Part shown: positions 35,677-44,851 of the stretch, one piece after another | Layout of the letters: each line of letters begins with the position of its first letter | Position numbering within the stretch: the first letter of the stretch is position 1 | IMG/VR virus record: IMGVR_UViG_3300050501_000057 | DNA from: a virus | Strand: one strand, 5' to 3' | DNA length: 64,000 nucleotides | Translations under genes and position numbers: made by a program | Notes under the pieces: generated by a model | Told to the model about the DNA's origin: nothing | Seen by the model: the letters and a program-made list of their open reading frames with translations, nothing else | The model's database searches: none

Positions 35677-37377
35677 ATGTCTGTACTTACTACAGCAACC
35701 AATAAACACACCTCTCTCAAACCTAACATTGTCACTCCCAAAGGATACGAAAGCATCATCACTGTTTATATCGGACAACTCGACAAGTGGATCGAGACTC
35801 ACAAAGAGAAATTGAACACGCCGCACGCGCGTCTTACGCATCTCGGCGTCGTTGATGTGTACCTGAAGAACGAGAAAGGAAAACTCGAACTAGACTTCGC
35901 TCGGACGATGCTCTACTTCGGGAGGTGGGAAAATGCGACGCTGTTCAAAGGTATAGCTATCGCTGGTATCGAAATTGGTATGCTTTGGGTCGTGGATACT
36001 CTTCTCGACCTTTGGCATAAATACGTCAACAACAAAGACGGTAAGCTCGATGCGGTAATTGAAGAGTTATTCGATTTTCGGCGTGACCTCGTTACGCTGA
36101 TGGAGAGATACACGCTCATCAGTCTTGACAAGCGACAGGCGTATCAACTCCCCGCAAAGGACAGAAGGAAACCTTCGAGTCTCTATAACATCGAGGTTCA
36201 CGACGCGCACGGCGAATACGGTGGAGTCATCTTCGACCGCGACAAACAGACTTACGATATGTGGACGGACTCCGATAAGAGCAAGCTTGCTGAAGAGCTA
36301 GCAATCGGCGTAGGCGTGGAATGGATGGGCGCGTCTATCCCTTATTACAATTCCGAAGCGCATATGAAGCAGCGCATCGAAGAGATTCAATCGTCGCGCC
36401 GGATACTCAATGACCCTGCGGTCAAAGCGGCGTTGAAGCAATTGAATGATGACTTCACTAAGCGGTTGAACGATCTTGCTTTCAATAATCCGCCTGCGGC
36501 GAAGAAGCTTGCTGATGAAGCAGTCCAACAGGAAGTGATGTACACCGAGATGAAGCGACGTGTGAAAACGTTGGAGAACGAACGTCGGGAGGTTTTGAAG
36601 AGCGAAGGGTGTAGTAACTCGGAAGACTATATGAATCGCTTGAAAGCTTCTCTCAAGAAGCAAGTAGAAGAAGCGATGCTTACTCCCCCGCTCGGAAGTG
36701 ATCTCAAAGTCACTCAGCACGACTCGTTAATCGAAGAACTCAAAGGTTTCTCGGAGCAAGACCTCGATAATCTTGCGGCGCTAGCGAAGAAAGAAAGAGA
36801 TTACTGGTACGAGAAACATCTTACATACGGTTGGAAGTTACAAGCTCTCGAAAGAGAAGCAAAGATAAAGTTACTCAAAAACAAGTGCGATGGTACTGTC
36901 GTCTATACGGGAGATGAAGGAAAGACGCAATACACGGTGACGCCGCTAGCGAAGACAGAGGAAGCGGCGATCAAGAAGCTGAATGACGGCGGACCTCCTA
37001 AACGTGATCTTGTTCTCGATTCGCCGCACGAGTTGATTACGATGAATATTTACCAGGAGTACGCGCTCCTGACCGCTAACCAAGATATGTCCAAGAGCTT
37101 GCAACTAGTCAATGCGATACTTGGACTCGAAGGCGAAGCGGGAGAAGTTTCCGACCTGTTGAAGAAGCGTTGGTTTCATCCGTGGTCGAACGTTCATCAC
37201 ACGAAGATGAGCGGCGATCAGTTTAAAGCGATGCTGCTTGACGAGATCGGAGATGTTCAATGGTATCTGGCGTGGATAGCTAAGCTATGCGACGCCACTC
37301 TCGGACAAGTAGCTAAGAACAATCGCCGTAAACTGGTTGACCGACACGGCAAAGGTTCACTCAATGCGAACAAGTAG
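35677..37377 (+). CDS. Large protein with C-terminal MazG-like NTP pyrophosphohydrolase domain
   Basis: C-terminal YQEYALLTA..LGLEGEAGEVSDLLKK..DEIGDVQWYLA..NRRKLVDR; N-terminal ~450 aa unrecognised. Confidence 0.85.
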   Translation: MSVLTTATNKHTSLKPNIVTPKGYESIITVYIGQLDKWIETHKEKLNTPHARLTHLGVVDVYLKNEKGKLELDFARTMLYFGRWENATLFKGIAIAGIEIGMLWVVDTLLDLWHKYVNNKDGKLDAVIEELFDFRRDLVTLMERYTLISLDKRQAYQLPAKDRRKPSSLYNIEVHDAHGEYGGVIFDRDKQTYDMWTDSDKSKLAEELAIGVGVEWMGASIPYYNSEAHMKQRIEEIQSSRRILNDPAVKAALKQLNDDFTKRLNDLAFNNPPAAKKLADEAVQQEVMYTEMKRRVKTLENERREVLKSEGCSNSEDYMNRLKASLKKQVEEAMLTPPLGSDLKVTQHDSLIEELKGFSEQDLDNLAALAKKERDYWYEKHLTYGWKLQALEREAKIKLLKNKCDGTVVYTGDEGKTQYTVTPLAKTEEAAIKKLNDGGPPKRDLVLDSPHELITMNIYQEYALLTANQDMSKSLQLVNAILGLEGEAGEVSDLLKKRWFHPWSNVHHTKMSGDQFKAMLLDEIGDVQWYLAWIAKLCDATLGQVAKNNRRKLVDRHGKGSLNANK

Positions 37378-37876
37378 AAAGTACAGGATCTCCCCCGCGC
37401 TCATATCCGACTTATGCGCCGCCGTCATAGCGAACGGCGGCGCTAGTCGGGGAGCGGTGATTCATACCGTGAATCCGAATCATTACGGCGACTACCTTGT
37501 CGAAGTAATAGGACTCGCGGACAACACCTTTTTTGACGACGTGTGCAAGCTGGCGTATACCGCCGAGCAGGGTAAAGCAGTACTACTCCCCGCCCTAAAC
37601 AGACGAAGCGTACACGTAGGCGACAAGGGAGAGCAGTACACGTTCGACGGCGATCTTTACCACATAGGCGCGTGGACGAATCCTTCATACGGCGTCCAAT
37701 ACATTCACCGATTTCAAACCCTCGACGGTGAAAAGAACGAACTGTCCTGGACGACCGGGAGGTATCAAGCTCTCGGTCATTACACAGTCAGTTGCAAAAT
37801 CAAAGACCACACCAACTACGGCGGCGTTTATCAAACCGCTATTACCTACTGCAAATTTGAACTATTGGAGGAATAA
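37364..37876 (+). CDS. Hypothetical protein
   Basis: AGGTTCAC before ATG 37364. Confidence 0.7.
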   Translation: MRTSRKYRISPALISDLCAAVIANGGASRGAVIHTVNPNHYGDYLVEVIGLADNTFFDDVCKLAYTAEQGKAVLLPALNRRSVHVGDKGEQYTFDGDLYHIGAWTNPSYGVQYIHRFQTLDGEKNELSWTTGRYQALGHYTVSCKIKDHTNYGGVYQTAITYCKFELLEE

Positions 37877-37879
37877 CCT

Positions 37880-38092
37880 ATGACTAACAGACAGTCATTC
37901 GGATTGCTCGTTTTGATACTGTTTGTCTTCGTTCTGTTGTTGATAGGGTTTACGGACCTCTTCACACTACCGACAAAGCATCAACAACCGACTCCGACGC
38001 CGGTCGTCTCACCAACAGTATCGCCGACTCTTTTACCTCGCCGTACCGGGACGCCGGTTGAGTTACATCCTAGAAAGAAAGGAAGTGAATAA
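37880..38092 (+). CDS. Small membrane protein with Pro/Thr-rich tail
   Basis: One TM helix followed by PTPTP. Confidence 0.7.
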   Translation: MTNRQSFGLLVLILFVFVLLLIGFTDLFTLPTKHQQPTPTPVVSPTVSPTLLPRRTGTPVELHPRKKGSE

Positions 38093-38691
38093 TGGGTCAA
38101 AGCGTATTAACTGACGAACAACAATATGAGATGAATTACGGTGTAGCTCCCGACAGACAAGAAGACGCCGCAAAGAAGCTCAGAAAGATGGGCGTTAAAG
38201 TCAGAAAGATGGAAATATCTATCTGGTTAGTGGAAGGTAAGTACATCTCTCCCGCGACTATGATTAAACGCCTGGAAGAAGGGTTCTATGCCAGTAAGGA
38301 AAAAGAAACCGACACCAAACGAGATGCAGAAGTGGAAGTACCGGCACGTAAAGGGCGATCTACTCGACCTGTGGGAAGCGGGGTGGACAGTGGCGATACC
38401 AACAAACGGGTCGGTAAACTCAAAGGGAGTCGCCGTAATGGGTCGCGGACTAGCAAAGCTGTTCGCAGATCACATAGCGAAGTTGTTGAACAAGAGTCTC
38501 CGCGCGAAACTCGGAAAAAGACTTCGACTCTACGGAAACGTAGTTCAGGTGTTTCCCGAACTCGGCGTGATAACAATACCCGTGAAACACGAGTGGAACG
38601 AGGACGCGAGTCTCGATCTGATAAGCAGGAGTCTCGCGGAGCTAAACGGAATACTCGACCACGACAAAAAACATCGAGGCGACGGTATTAA
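38092..38691 (+). CDS. Hypothetical protein (long tail overlapping the macrodomain gene)
   Basis: Coupled start; first ~70 aa look globular, the rest is R/S-rich overlap. Confidence 0.55.
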   Translation: MGQSVLTDEQQYEMNYGVAPDRQEDAAKKLRKMGVKVRKMEISIWLVEGKYISPATMIKRLEEGFYASKEKETDTKRDAEVEVPARKGRSTRPVGSGVDSGDTNKRVGKLKGSRRNGSRTSKAVRRSHSEVVEQESPRETRKKTSTLRKRSSGVSRTRRDNNTRETRVERGRESRSDKQESRGAKRNTRPRQKTSRRRY

Positions 38692-38971
38692 GCACGTCTT
38701 TGTACCGCGCCTCGGTTGCGGGTATGGCGGTCGCACCTGGAAAGAAGTAGAACCTATCATTGCTTTATGGTTGCGTAATGACTCCCGCTTTACTGTGGTG
38801 TCGTTACCTGACGATTGGGAGAAAGATTATGGAGAGCATCGAACATCTGCGCGAAGTGGCGGAAAGGAACGGAGGGGGTCGAGTGACGCCTTTTGTAAAT
38901 TTGTCCCGCCTAGCGACGATAGAGAGGAACGCGCAAGCGTTCGACCACGCCGAGATACTAGGCGCAGGTAA
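38288..38971 (+). CDS. Macrodomain protein (DarG/TARG1-like ADP-ribose hydrolase)
   Basis: GDLL..IPTNG..VMGRGLAK..IPVKHEW..PRLGCGYGGRTWKEV. Confidence 0.85.
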   Translation: MPVRKKKPTPNEMQKWKYRHVKGDLLDLWEAGWTVAIPTNGSVNSKGVAVMGRGLAKLFADHIAKLLNKSLRAKLGKRLRLYGNVVQVFPELGVITIPVKHEWNEDASLDLISRSLAELNGILDHDKKHRGDGIKHVFVPRLGCGYGGRTWKEVEPIIALWLRNDSRFTVVSLPDDWEKDYGEHRTSARSGGKERRGSSDAFCKFVPPSDDREERASVRPRRDTRRR

Positions 38972-39620
38972 GGTGTGCGGTGAGAGCATTATGTACGGGT
39001 ACTCGAAGGTTCTCGATTACGCGATGATACTTGACACGACGCTTGCCGCCCACGCTAGAGTGGGCGGCAAGGCGCTCGTAGAGAAGTCAGTAGTAGCAGG
39101 TACCGCCGACATTCGTGGAGAAAAAGCTAGCGTCTATAGATGTCAGATAACCGACAATGTTATAATTGCGGGTGATTGTCGCGTAGAGGAAAGTACTTTG
39201 GGAGCTAATACCAGAGTGCTCGATCAAGCTAAGCTGTACAACGTAATAACAGGACACGGCGACACCGGAGAGACATATGTAATATGTGGTGACGCCGAAT
39301 TGGTATTTCCGTCTCCTGCGGAACTATACCCCGGTACGCGTGTCCACGAAGGTTACTGGACTCGACCGCCTTATGTGATAGCTACGCCGCACTTCTACAC
39401 GGTAGAGGGTGTAGGAGACAGAGTTCAGATAGGGTGTATGAATCGTTATCTGAATTTTTGGTTTAAGCACGGTAAGCAGGTCTTGATCGAGTATGGACTT
39501 CCCGAAGAGTTGTATCCTCAATTCTACGACGCGATGGTCGAAATGCGACGGTTCAAAAAAGAAATGAAATCCCCTAACTACCCGAACAGGAGAAAACCGG
39601 ATGATAGCAACATCATTTAA
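38829..39620 (+). CDS. Left-handed beta-helix (hexapeptide repeat) protein
   Basis: Six-residue repeats AEILGA/GKVCGE/SKVLDY/ARVGGK; VQIGC motif. Confidence 0.75.
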   Translation: MESIEHLREVAERNGGGRVTPFVNLSRLATIERNAQAFDHAEILGAGKVCGESIMYGYSKVLDYAMILDTTLAAHARVGGKALVEKSVVAGTADIRGEKASVYRCQITDNVIIAGDCRVEESTLGANTRVLDQAKLYNVITGHGDTGETYVICGDAELVFPSPAELYPGTRVHEGYWTRPPYVIATPHFYTVEGVGDRVQIGCMNRYLNFWFKHGKQVLIEYGLPEELYPQFYDAMVEMRRFKKEMKSPNYPNRRKPDDSNII

Positions 39621-41565
39621 GGATGTTGGCATAGAGGTTCCCCGGCGATCAGGTAAGAATGATACCGTGAAAACGCTATGTCCAAAGTGCTCTCACCTAC
39701 GGGTGAAATCCGACGAACCGTGTCTTAACATCTCGTTCGATAAGGCGGATGAAAAGACCGGGAAAAAGGTTCATCTGTTTAACTGTCACCATTGCAAATT
39801 CAGAGGCGCGGTCTTCCCGGACGGCGCTCCAAACGGCGGCGATGACTTGATAGAATTTCAACGAACTCCCCGCACATACAAGAAACCAACCCTCAACCTC
39901 GAAGACTACGAACTCACCGATGAAGTAATAGACTGGTTCGCAAAACGCGGAATATCCGAGCAAACACTGATCAACTGCGGAATAGTCGCAGGCGAAACAA
40001 AATTCGGGAGGGACGCCGACTTCGAGGACGCAATCATCTTTCCGTTTTTCAAAGACGGAGAACTCGTCAACGTACAGTACCGAAGCTTGAGCGGTAAAAA
40101 GTTCAAGTCTATCAAAGACTGTCAACTCATCTACTACGGGTTCGATGACGTAGTGATGAATAACTATGTTGCGACCGACACGCTTATAGTTGTAGAAGGT
40201 CCGCTAGACAAAGTTAGTCTCCGCGAGTGCGGATACCCTTTCGTCTGGTCAGTACCTAACGGTTCGCCGTTTGAACCTGAAGGTGAACCTCCGGTCAAAC
40301 ATCCAGACCTAAACTTCCACAACGACGCAGACGCGCAGTTTGTTTTCTCGCGCTTGAAGAAGATAGTTTATTTCGGGGATAACGATCATCAAGGTAGGCG
40401 TCTAGTACAAGAGCTAGCTACCCGCAGCGGTATAGAGAAATGTTATCGCGTCGCGCATCCGCCAGAATGCAAAGACGCTAACGACGTGTTGAGGAAGTAT
40501 GGAAAGGAAAAGGTAATCGAGTGCATCGAGAATGCTCAGCGATTCCCGATTGACGGCGTAGTAACGATTGATCAAATCATTCCTGAGTTGATCACGCTCT
40601 ACGAGCACGGACAAGACACGGGACTCTCAACAGGATTCCCGAACCTCGATGAAATATTCCGCATAGGTCAAGGACGCCTGATAGTAGTTACAGGTGTTCC
40701 CGAATCTGGTAAGTCGAGATTCCTCGCAAACATCATTGACAAGATAGCAACGCTTCACGGCGTCAAGATTTCAATGTTTACTCCCGAAAGTAGACCGTTC
40801 GTAAACTACTTGTCGAAGATGATTCAAATTCACACCGGCGTACCTTTCGGCAAACCCGGTGACAAAGACCGGTTGTCAATGAAAGAGATTTTAGAGGCGG
40901 CGCAGTGGATACGTGATTACGTTACGTTCAACTCACCTCCCGAACGAACTCTCGAAGCATTGACGACTATATGGAAGCAACAAATGATGGCGGACGGTAC
41001 GCGTTACGGCGTGCTCGACCCGTTCAACTATATCATTCGTCCGCAGAATACGGACGAGGGTTCATTCGTTCTAAGCTCTTTGACGTTCCTCGCCGATTGG
41101 TGCGTCAAGAACGGGTATACAATTTTCGTGGTGGTTCACCCGACGAAGATTCACCCGACAGTCAAGTCAAGAGTCAAAAACTCCGAGAAGAAAGAATATC
41201 CGGTTGTCACGCCGTACAACATTTACGGTTCGTCTCACTGGTTTAACTGCGCTGATTTTATCTTGAGTATTTGGAGGTCAATTAACTATCACCTCCCGGT
41301 ACAATTGCACGTACTCAAAGCTAAGCAAGAAGAATTGGGTACCAGTAACAAGATGGCGATGTTCGACTACGATCCTTCTACGGGAATTTATATACCGTGG
41401 GACGGCGACGACGTGAACGAATTGATTTCCGGGGAACTTGAACGCGGAGATGATGACGAAGACACGCCTTTCAATAAAGAGGCGTCAATAAGCAAACCTC
41501 GCAGGGGTCGCGCATACGAAGGGGATGACGACTCCAAACCTAAAACAAGACGCCGCTCAAGGTAG
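39601..41565 (+). CDS. Primase-helicase (T7 gp4/Twinkle-like)
   Basis: Zn ribbon CPKC..CHHC, TOPRIM VEGPLD..DND..KDAND, Walker A TGVPESGKS, LDPFN, VVHPTK. Confidence 0.93.
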   Translation: MIATSFKDVGIEVPRRSGKNDTVKTLCPKCSHLRVKSDEPCLNISFDKADEKTGKKVHLFNCHHCKFRGAVFPDGAPNGGDDLIEFQRTPRTYKKPTLNLEDYELTDEVIDWFAKRGISEQTLINCGIVAGETKFGRDADFEDAIIFPFFKDGELVNVQYRSLSGKKFKSIKDCQLIYYGFDDVVMNNYVATDTLIVVEGPLDKVSLRECGYPFVWSVPNGSPFEPEGEPPVKHPDLNFHNDADAQFVFSRLKKIVYFGDNDHQGRRLVQELATRSGIEKCYRVAHPPECKDANDVLRKYGKEKVIECIENAQRFPIDGVVTIDQIIPELITLYEHGQDTGLSTGFPNLDEIFRIGQGRLIVVTGVPESGKSRFLANIIDKIATLHGVKISMFTPESRPFVNYLSKMIQIHTGVPFGKPGDKDRLSMKEILEAAQWIRDYVTFNSPPERTLEALTTIWKQQMMADGTRYGVLDPFNYIIRPQNTDEGSFVLSSLTFLADWCVKNGYTIFVVVHPTKIHPTVKSRVKNSEKKEYPVVTPYNIYGSSHWFNCADFILSIWRSINYHLPVQLHVLKAKQEELGTSNKMAMFDYDPSTGIYIPWDGDDVNELISGELERGDDDEDTPFNKEASISKPRRGRAYEGDDDSKPKTRRRSR

Positions 41566-41593
41566 GCGTTCTTAACCAGGAGTTCACACTCAT

Positions 41594-42193
41594 ATGGCAT
41601 TCAGAAACAACCGTGGTGGTAATAACTTTCGTGGCGGTCGCAGTAATGGCGGTCGTAAAGATTTCAATAACAGCGGTATCGTGTTCTCAAACACTTTCCG
41701 CAAACAGGATAACGAACCGATCATCAGCGGTTATGCGACCGTTGACAATCAAAAGTACAAGGTCGGTATCTGGTTGAACGTCGGCGGAGATTTCCGGCGT
41801 GACGATGACGCGCTCGATGCTCAGGCGTCGCTCGCCGACAAGATCGTCAAGCTTCTCAAGGAAGCGAAAGAAGACTTCGGGATGACTCTCGGAATGAAGT
41901 TCACCGAAGACGACGGTTCGCGTGGTGGTAACGGTGGTGGTCGTCGCGGTGGTTCGAGTCGCCGCAGGCGCGATGATGACGAGGAAGAGGAAGAGCGACC
42001 GCGCAAGCGTCGCGCTCGTGACGAGGAAGAGGAAGAGGAAGACAACGACTTCAACCGCGACGAGGAAGAGGAAGAAGAGGAAGAGGAAGAGGAAGAGACT
42101 TCCCGACCGGCGCGCCGAGCTTCCAAGAAAGCTGCGCCAGCAAAGCGTGCTCCTGCTAAAAAGGCGGCAGCGAAGAAGACTAGATCAAAGTAA
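41594..42193 (+). CDS. Putative ssDNA-binding protein with RGG, poly-Glu and AKK tracts
   Basis: NSGIVFSN..PIISGY..KYKVGIW OB-like core; located directly after the primase-helicase. Confidence 0.6.
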   Translation: MAFRNNRGGNNFRGGRSNGGRKDFNNSGIVFSNTFRKQDNEPIISGYATVDNQKYKVGIWLNVGGDFRRDDDALDAQASLADKIVKLLKEAKEDFGMTLGMKFTEDDGSRGGNGGGRRGGSSRRRRDDDEEEEERPRKRRARDEEEEEEDNDFNRDEEEEEEEEEEEETSRPARRASKKAAPAKRAPAKKAAAKKTRSK

Positions 42194-42229
42194 CAAGTTC
42201 ACTAACTGGTTCACCCGTTGGTCTAGTAT

Positions 42230-42267
42230 AATTTCAGGGCGCGCTGTTAAAGCGCGCCCTGAAATTT
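42230..42267. terminator. Hairpin or terminator
   Basis: AATTTCAGGGCGCGCT..AGCGCGCCCTGAAATT. Confidence 0.55.
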
Positions 42268-42282
42268 CAAATGAGGTAATTT

Positions 42283-42627
42283 ATGGCGAAAGAAAAAACG
42301 TATCTCGCAAAACGAGAGTTCGTAAACAAAGGCGACAAGAACGACAAGACAGTTGCTACCGCGACCGTTCGACGCTTTGATTGGGGAGGGTATAGCGCGG
42401 ATTTGGAGATCACTTCCCCTCAATCATTCGGTAGCAGCGGCGGTATTTATATCTCCTGCTCACCCGACAATGCGGAGAGCGTTGAAGCAGCGATGACAAA
42501 GATTGATTCCTTCATCGCCTGTATGACTCAATACAAAGAAGCGGTTCAGCAAGCGGCGAAAGACGCGGCGAAGGACGCTAAGGACGCAGCTAAAAAAGCG
42601 TCAGGTAATTCGCCGGTCAAGTACTAA
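42283..42627 (+). CDS. Hypothetical protein
   Basis: 114 aa, RBS GAGGT. Confidence 0.75.
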   Translation: MAKEKTYLAKREFVNKGDKNDKTVATATVRRFDWGGYSADLEITSPQSFGSSGGIYISCSPDNAESVEAAMTKIDSFIACMTQYKEAVQQAAKDAAKDAKDAAKKASGNSPVKY

Positions 42628-42698
42628 GATCGGGAACAATAATTCAACTAACTGTGGCGGGCGGTAATGCGTCCGCTTTTTCTTTGGAGGAACGCTCG

Positions 42699-42911
42699 AT
42701 GAAGTCAGCTAAGAATCAAATGCTTGAGAACATCAGAAGGATTTACCTGAAGATGAAAGAGGGTTTGTCCCTTGATGAAGCGACAAAGGAAGCGGAAGAG
42801 ACGTTACCCCTACCTCCGGGATTCCCTCACAAGCTTCGGGAGAGACGCCGCGTCAGGAACTACCGATCTCGCGCGAGTCGCCGTATCAATCGGTTGAGGG
42901 CGAAGCTATGA
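42699..42911 (+). CDS. Small basic protein
   Basis: GGAGG RBS before ATG 42699. Confidence 0.6.
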   Translation: MKSAKNQMLENIRRIYLKMKEGLSLDEATKEAEETLPLPPGFPHKLRERRRVRNYRSRASRRINRLRAKL

Positions 42912-43309
42912 CTTGGTTCATATCGAAAAACAAAACCTCTTCTTTCAACATCCTCCCGAAGTTTCAGAAAGGTTCCGATTACATTACCGTATGGTGGGGT
43001 CGTCGGGAGCTTGTAATCTACACCGGTAATAAATTGGTGGAAGAGACGACGGATAAGGACATAAACTTTCTACCTCTACCTTTAGATCCTAACGATTGGG
43101 TATTGATGAGCTTGAGAGAGTTCGTTGAATGCGGAAGCAGCGGATTGATAGCAGCGTCCGATGGAGTTGGTTATTACGCCGATGTACGGTTTATGAGTGA
43201 TGTTGCTGTTGACTTCGATAACCTTAAATCTCAGGCGTCGGATTTTGTCCGGCGTAAACAAGAAGGTAAATGGTACCCGACGCACGTTGTTTGGTACGAG
43301 AGATACTAG
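42908..43309 (+). CDS. Hypothetical protein (paralog of the next gene)
   Basis: GLI..DGVGYYA...THVVWY. Confidence 0.75.
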   Translation: MTWFISKNKTSSFNILPKFQKGSDYITVWWGRRELVIYTGNKLVEETTDKDINFLPLPLDPNDWVLMSLREFVECGSSGLIAASDGVGYYADVRFMSDVAVDFDNLKSQASDFVRRKQEGKWYPTHVVWYERY

Positions 43310-43319
43310 GAGATTCACA

Positions 43320-43598
43320 ATGATTACACCCAATGAAAACTATTCCGGGATGCAAGGTACTCCCGAATTTTCGACAATCGAGGACTTCAGACAATCCGTC
43401 GTAGAAGGACTCATCACCGACGACGACGGCGTAGGGTATTACGCCAACGCAGAGAAGATAAGCAGCGTTAAGGTTGTTCTGTCGGACGCTTTTGAACCGG
43501 AAGAACCGCCGAAAGACGAGCACGGAAATTATTTACCGCCGACCAGGGTGCGCAACCGTATGGCGGGTGGTACTCACGTCGCTTGGTATCCTAAATAG
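43320..43598 (+). CDS. Hypothetical protein (paralog of the previous gene)
   Basis: GLI..DGVGYYA...THVAWY. Confidence 0.75.
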   Translation: MITPNENYSGMQGTPEFSTIEDFRQSVVEGLITDDDGVGYYANAEKISSVKVVLSDAFEPEEPPKDEHGNYLPPTRVRNRMAGGTHVAWYPK

Positions 43599-43606
43599 GA
43601 GGTCTT

Positions 43607-43882
43607 ATGGCGGAACTGATAATCACCCTCATAAACTATGCTAGCGTGGTTTTTCTAGTAGCGGTCGTTGTCTTTCTGGCGATGAATCACTACATCAACG
43701 TTTACAGAAGTGAAGAGTTACCCGCCAACAAATTCATTCCGTACCTGATCTGCGAGTTTTACATAGGGACTCACTTTTGTTCTTACGATGAAGGTACTGA
43801 AGAAATGTACCTGATCTGCGATAGGTGCGAGAAGGTTTGGAGGACATCCGATGAGGAAAAGACCAATAGAGAAAGCGATTGA
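43607..43882 (+). CDS. Small membrane protein with Cys/His motif
   Basis: N-terminal TM; C..H..CDRC. Confidence 0.65.
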   Translation: MAELIITLINYASVVFLVAVVVFLAMNHYINVYRSEELPANKFIPYLICEFYIGTHFCSYDEGTEEMYLICDRCEKVWRTSDEEKTNRESD

Positions 43883-44411
43883 CGCGCTATTAGATGCGGA
43901 GAAAGACCTCTGTAAACATATCGCCAACACTCCCCGCCTGCTCAACGCAGTTCTTAGCGAGGTCCGCTCTCAAGGTAGAGCGGACCATCGCTTCGACGTA
44001 AACCTTGCTGAAGGTAAGGTCAGTGAAGAACTGGTCAAAGAACTTCTGAACGGGAATAAAAAAGTAGAGGTGAAGAGACAATACAGAGTCGGTGAAACGA
44101 AGCACGTACTCATTGAGTACGCGCACAACGGAGGAACAAAGAAAACCGGTATCAGTACAACAGAAAGTGACTGGTACGCCCTTGTCCTGGACGGCGAAGC
44201 TTACGAAGGCGAGGTAATAATCTTCATCACCACTGAAAGACTCAAACGAGTTATGCGAGCTTTTGGGAAGTCTAACAAGTTTAGTGGTAGGAAAGGTTAC
44301 TCCAACTTCAAGTTGATTCCCTTGCAAGAATTGATAACAACAGATTCGGAGATTCGCCAATGTTCCCCAAAAAGAAGAGCACCCGTAAAAGAGAGACGGT
44401 CAACCGTTTGA
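43851..44411 (+). CDS. Putative PD-(D/E)xK nuclease-like protein
   Basis: FD.NL..G..SE..KVEVKR..IEY..TGISTTESDWY. Confidence 0.6.
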   Translation: MRKRPIEKAIDALLDAEKDLCKHIANTPRLLNAVLSEVRSQGRADHRFDVNLAEGKVSEELVKELLNGNKKVEVKRQYRVGETKHVLIEYAHNGGTKKTGISTTESDWYALVLDGEAYEGEVIIFITTERLKRVMRAFGKSNKFSGRKGYSNFKLIPLQELITTDSEIRQCSPKRRAPVKERRSTV

Positions 44412-44851
44412 ACCGATCTTATGGAGATAGAAACAGGAAATGGATAAAAGAAAATTTTTTAAACAAAAACTGTTTTTACTGCAAAGGTCATTATCCAGTT
44501 GAAGCGATGCAAATAGAGCATAAAAATTCTGTGGGTAGCACTACTAGAATCTCCAAAAACGGACATCGTTATCGCCAACCATCTTTAGGAGGTAGCGTAT
44601 CTACGATGTCCTTGTCTACATTGAAGCTTATGCTAAGCAACAAAAATTTAGTACCTAGTTGCTGTAATTGCAATTTTGCTAAAATGAGAACTTTGGATAA
44701 AGGGACACCTGAAGGTAAAAAACAATGGAGGAAATACCTAAATGAAATCAGGAAGATTGTTCGCAGACACCCGCGCAAAAATCAAGCAAGCAGTAAAAGA
44801 GCTTCGCAACGAACCAATAATCGGATCAGATACCGAAACAAGTTCACTTGA
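44360..44851 (+). CDS. HNH endonuclease
   Basis: CFYC..QIEH..NLVPSCCNCN; AT-rich relative to flanks. Confidence 0.8.
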   Translation: MFPKKKSTRKRETVNRLNRSYGDRNRKWIKENFLNKNCFYCKGHYPVEAMQIEHKNSVGSTTRISKNGHRYRQPSLGGSVSTMSLSTLKLMLSNKNLVPSCCNCNFAKMRTLDKGTPEGKKQWRKYLNEIRKIVRRHPRKNQASSKRASQRTNNRIRYRNKFT

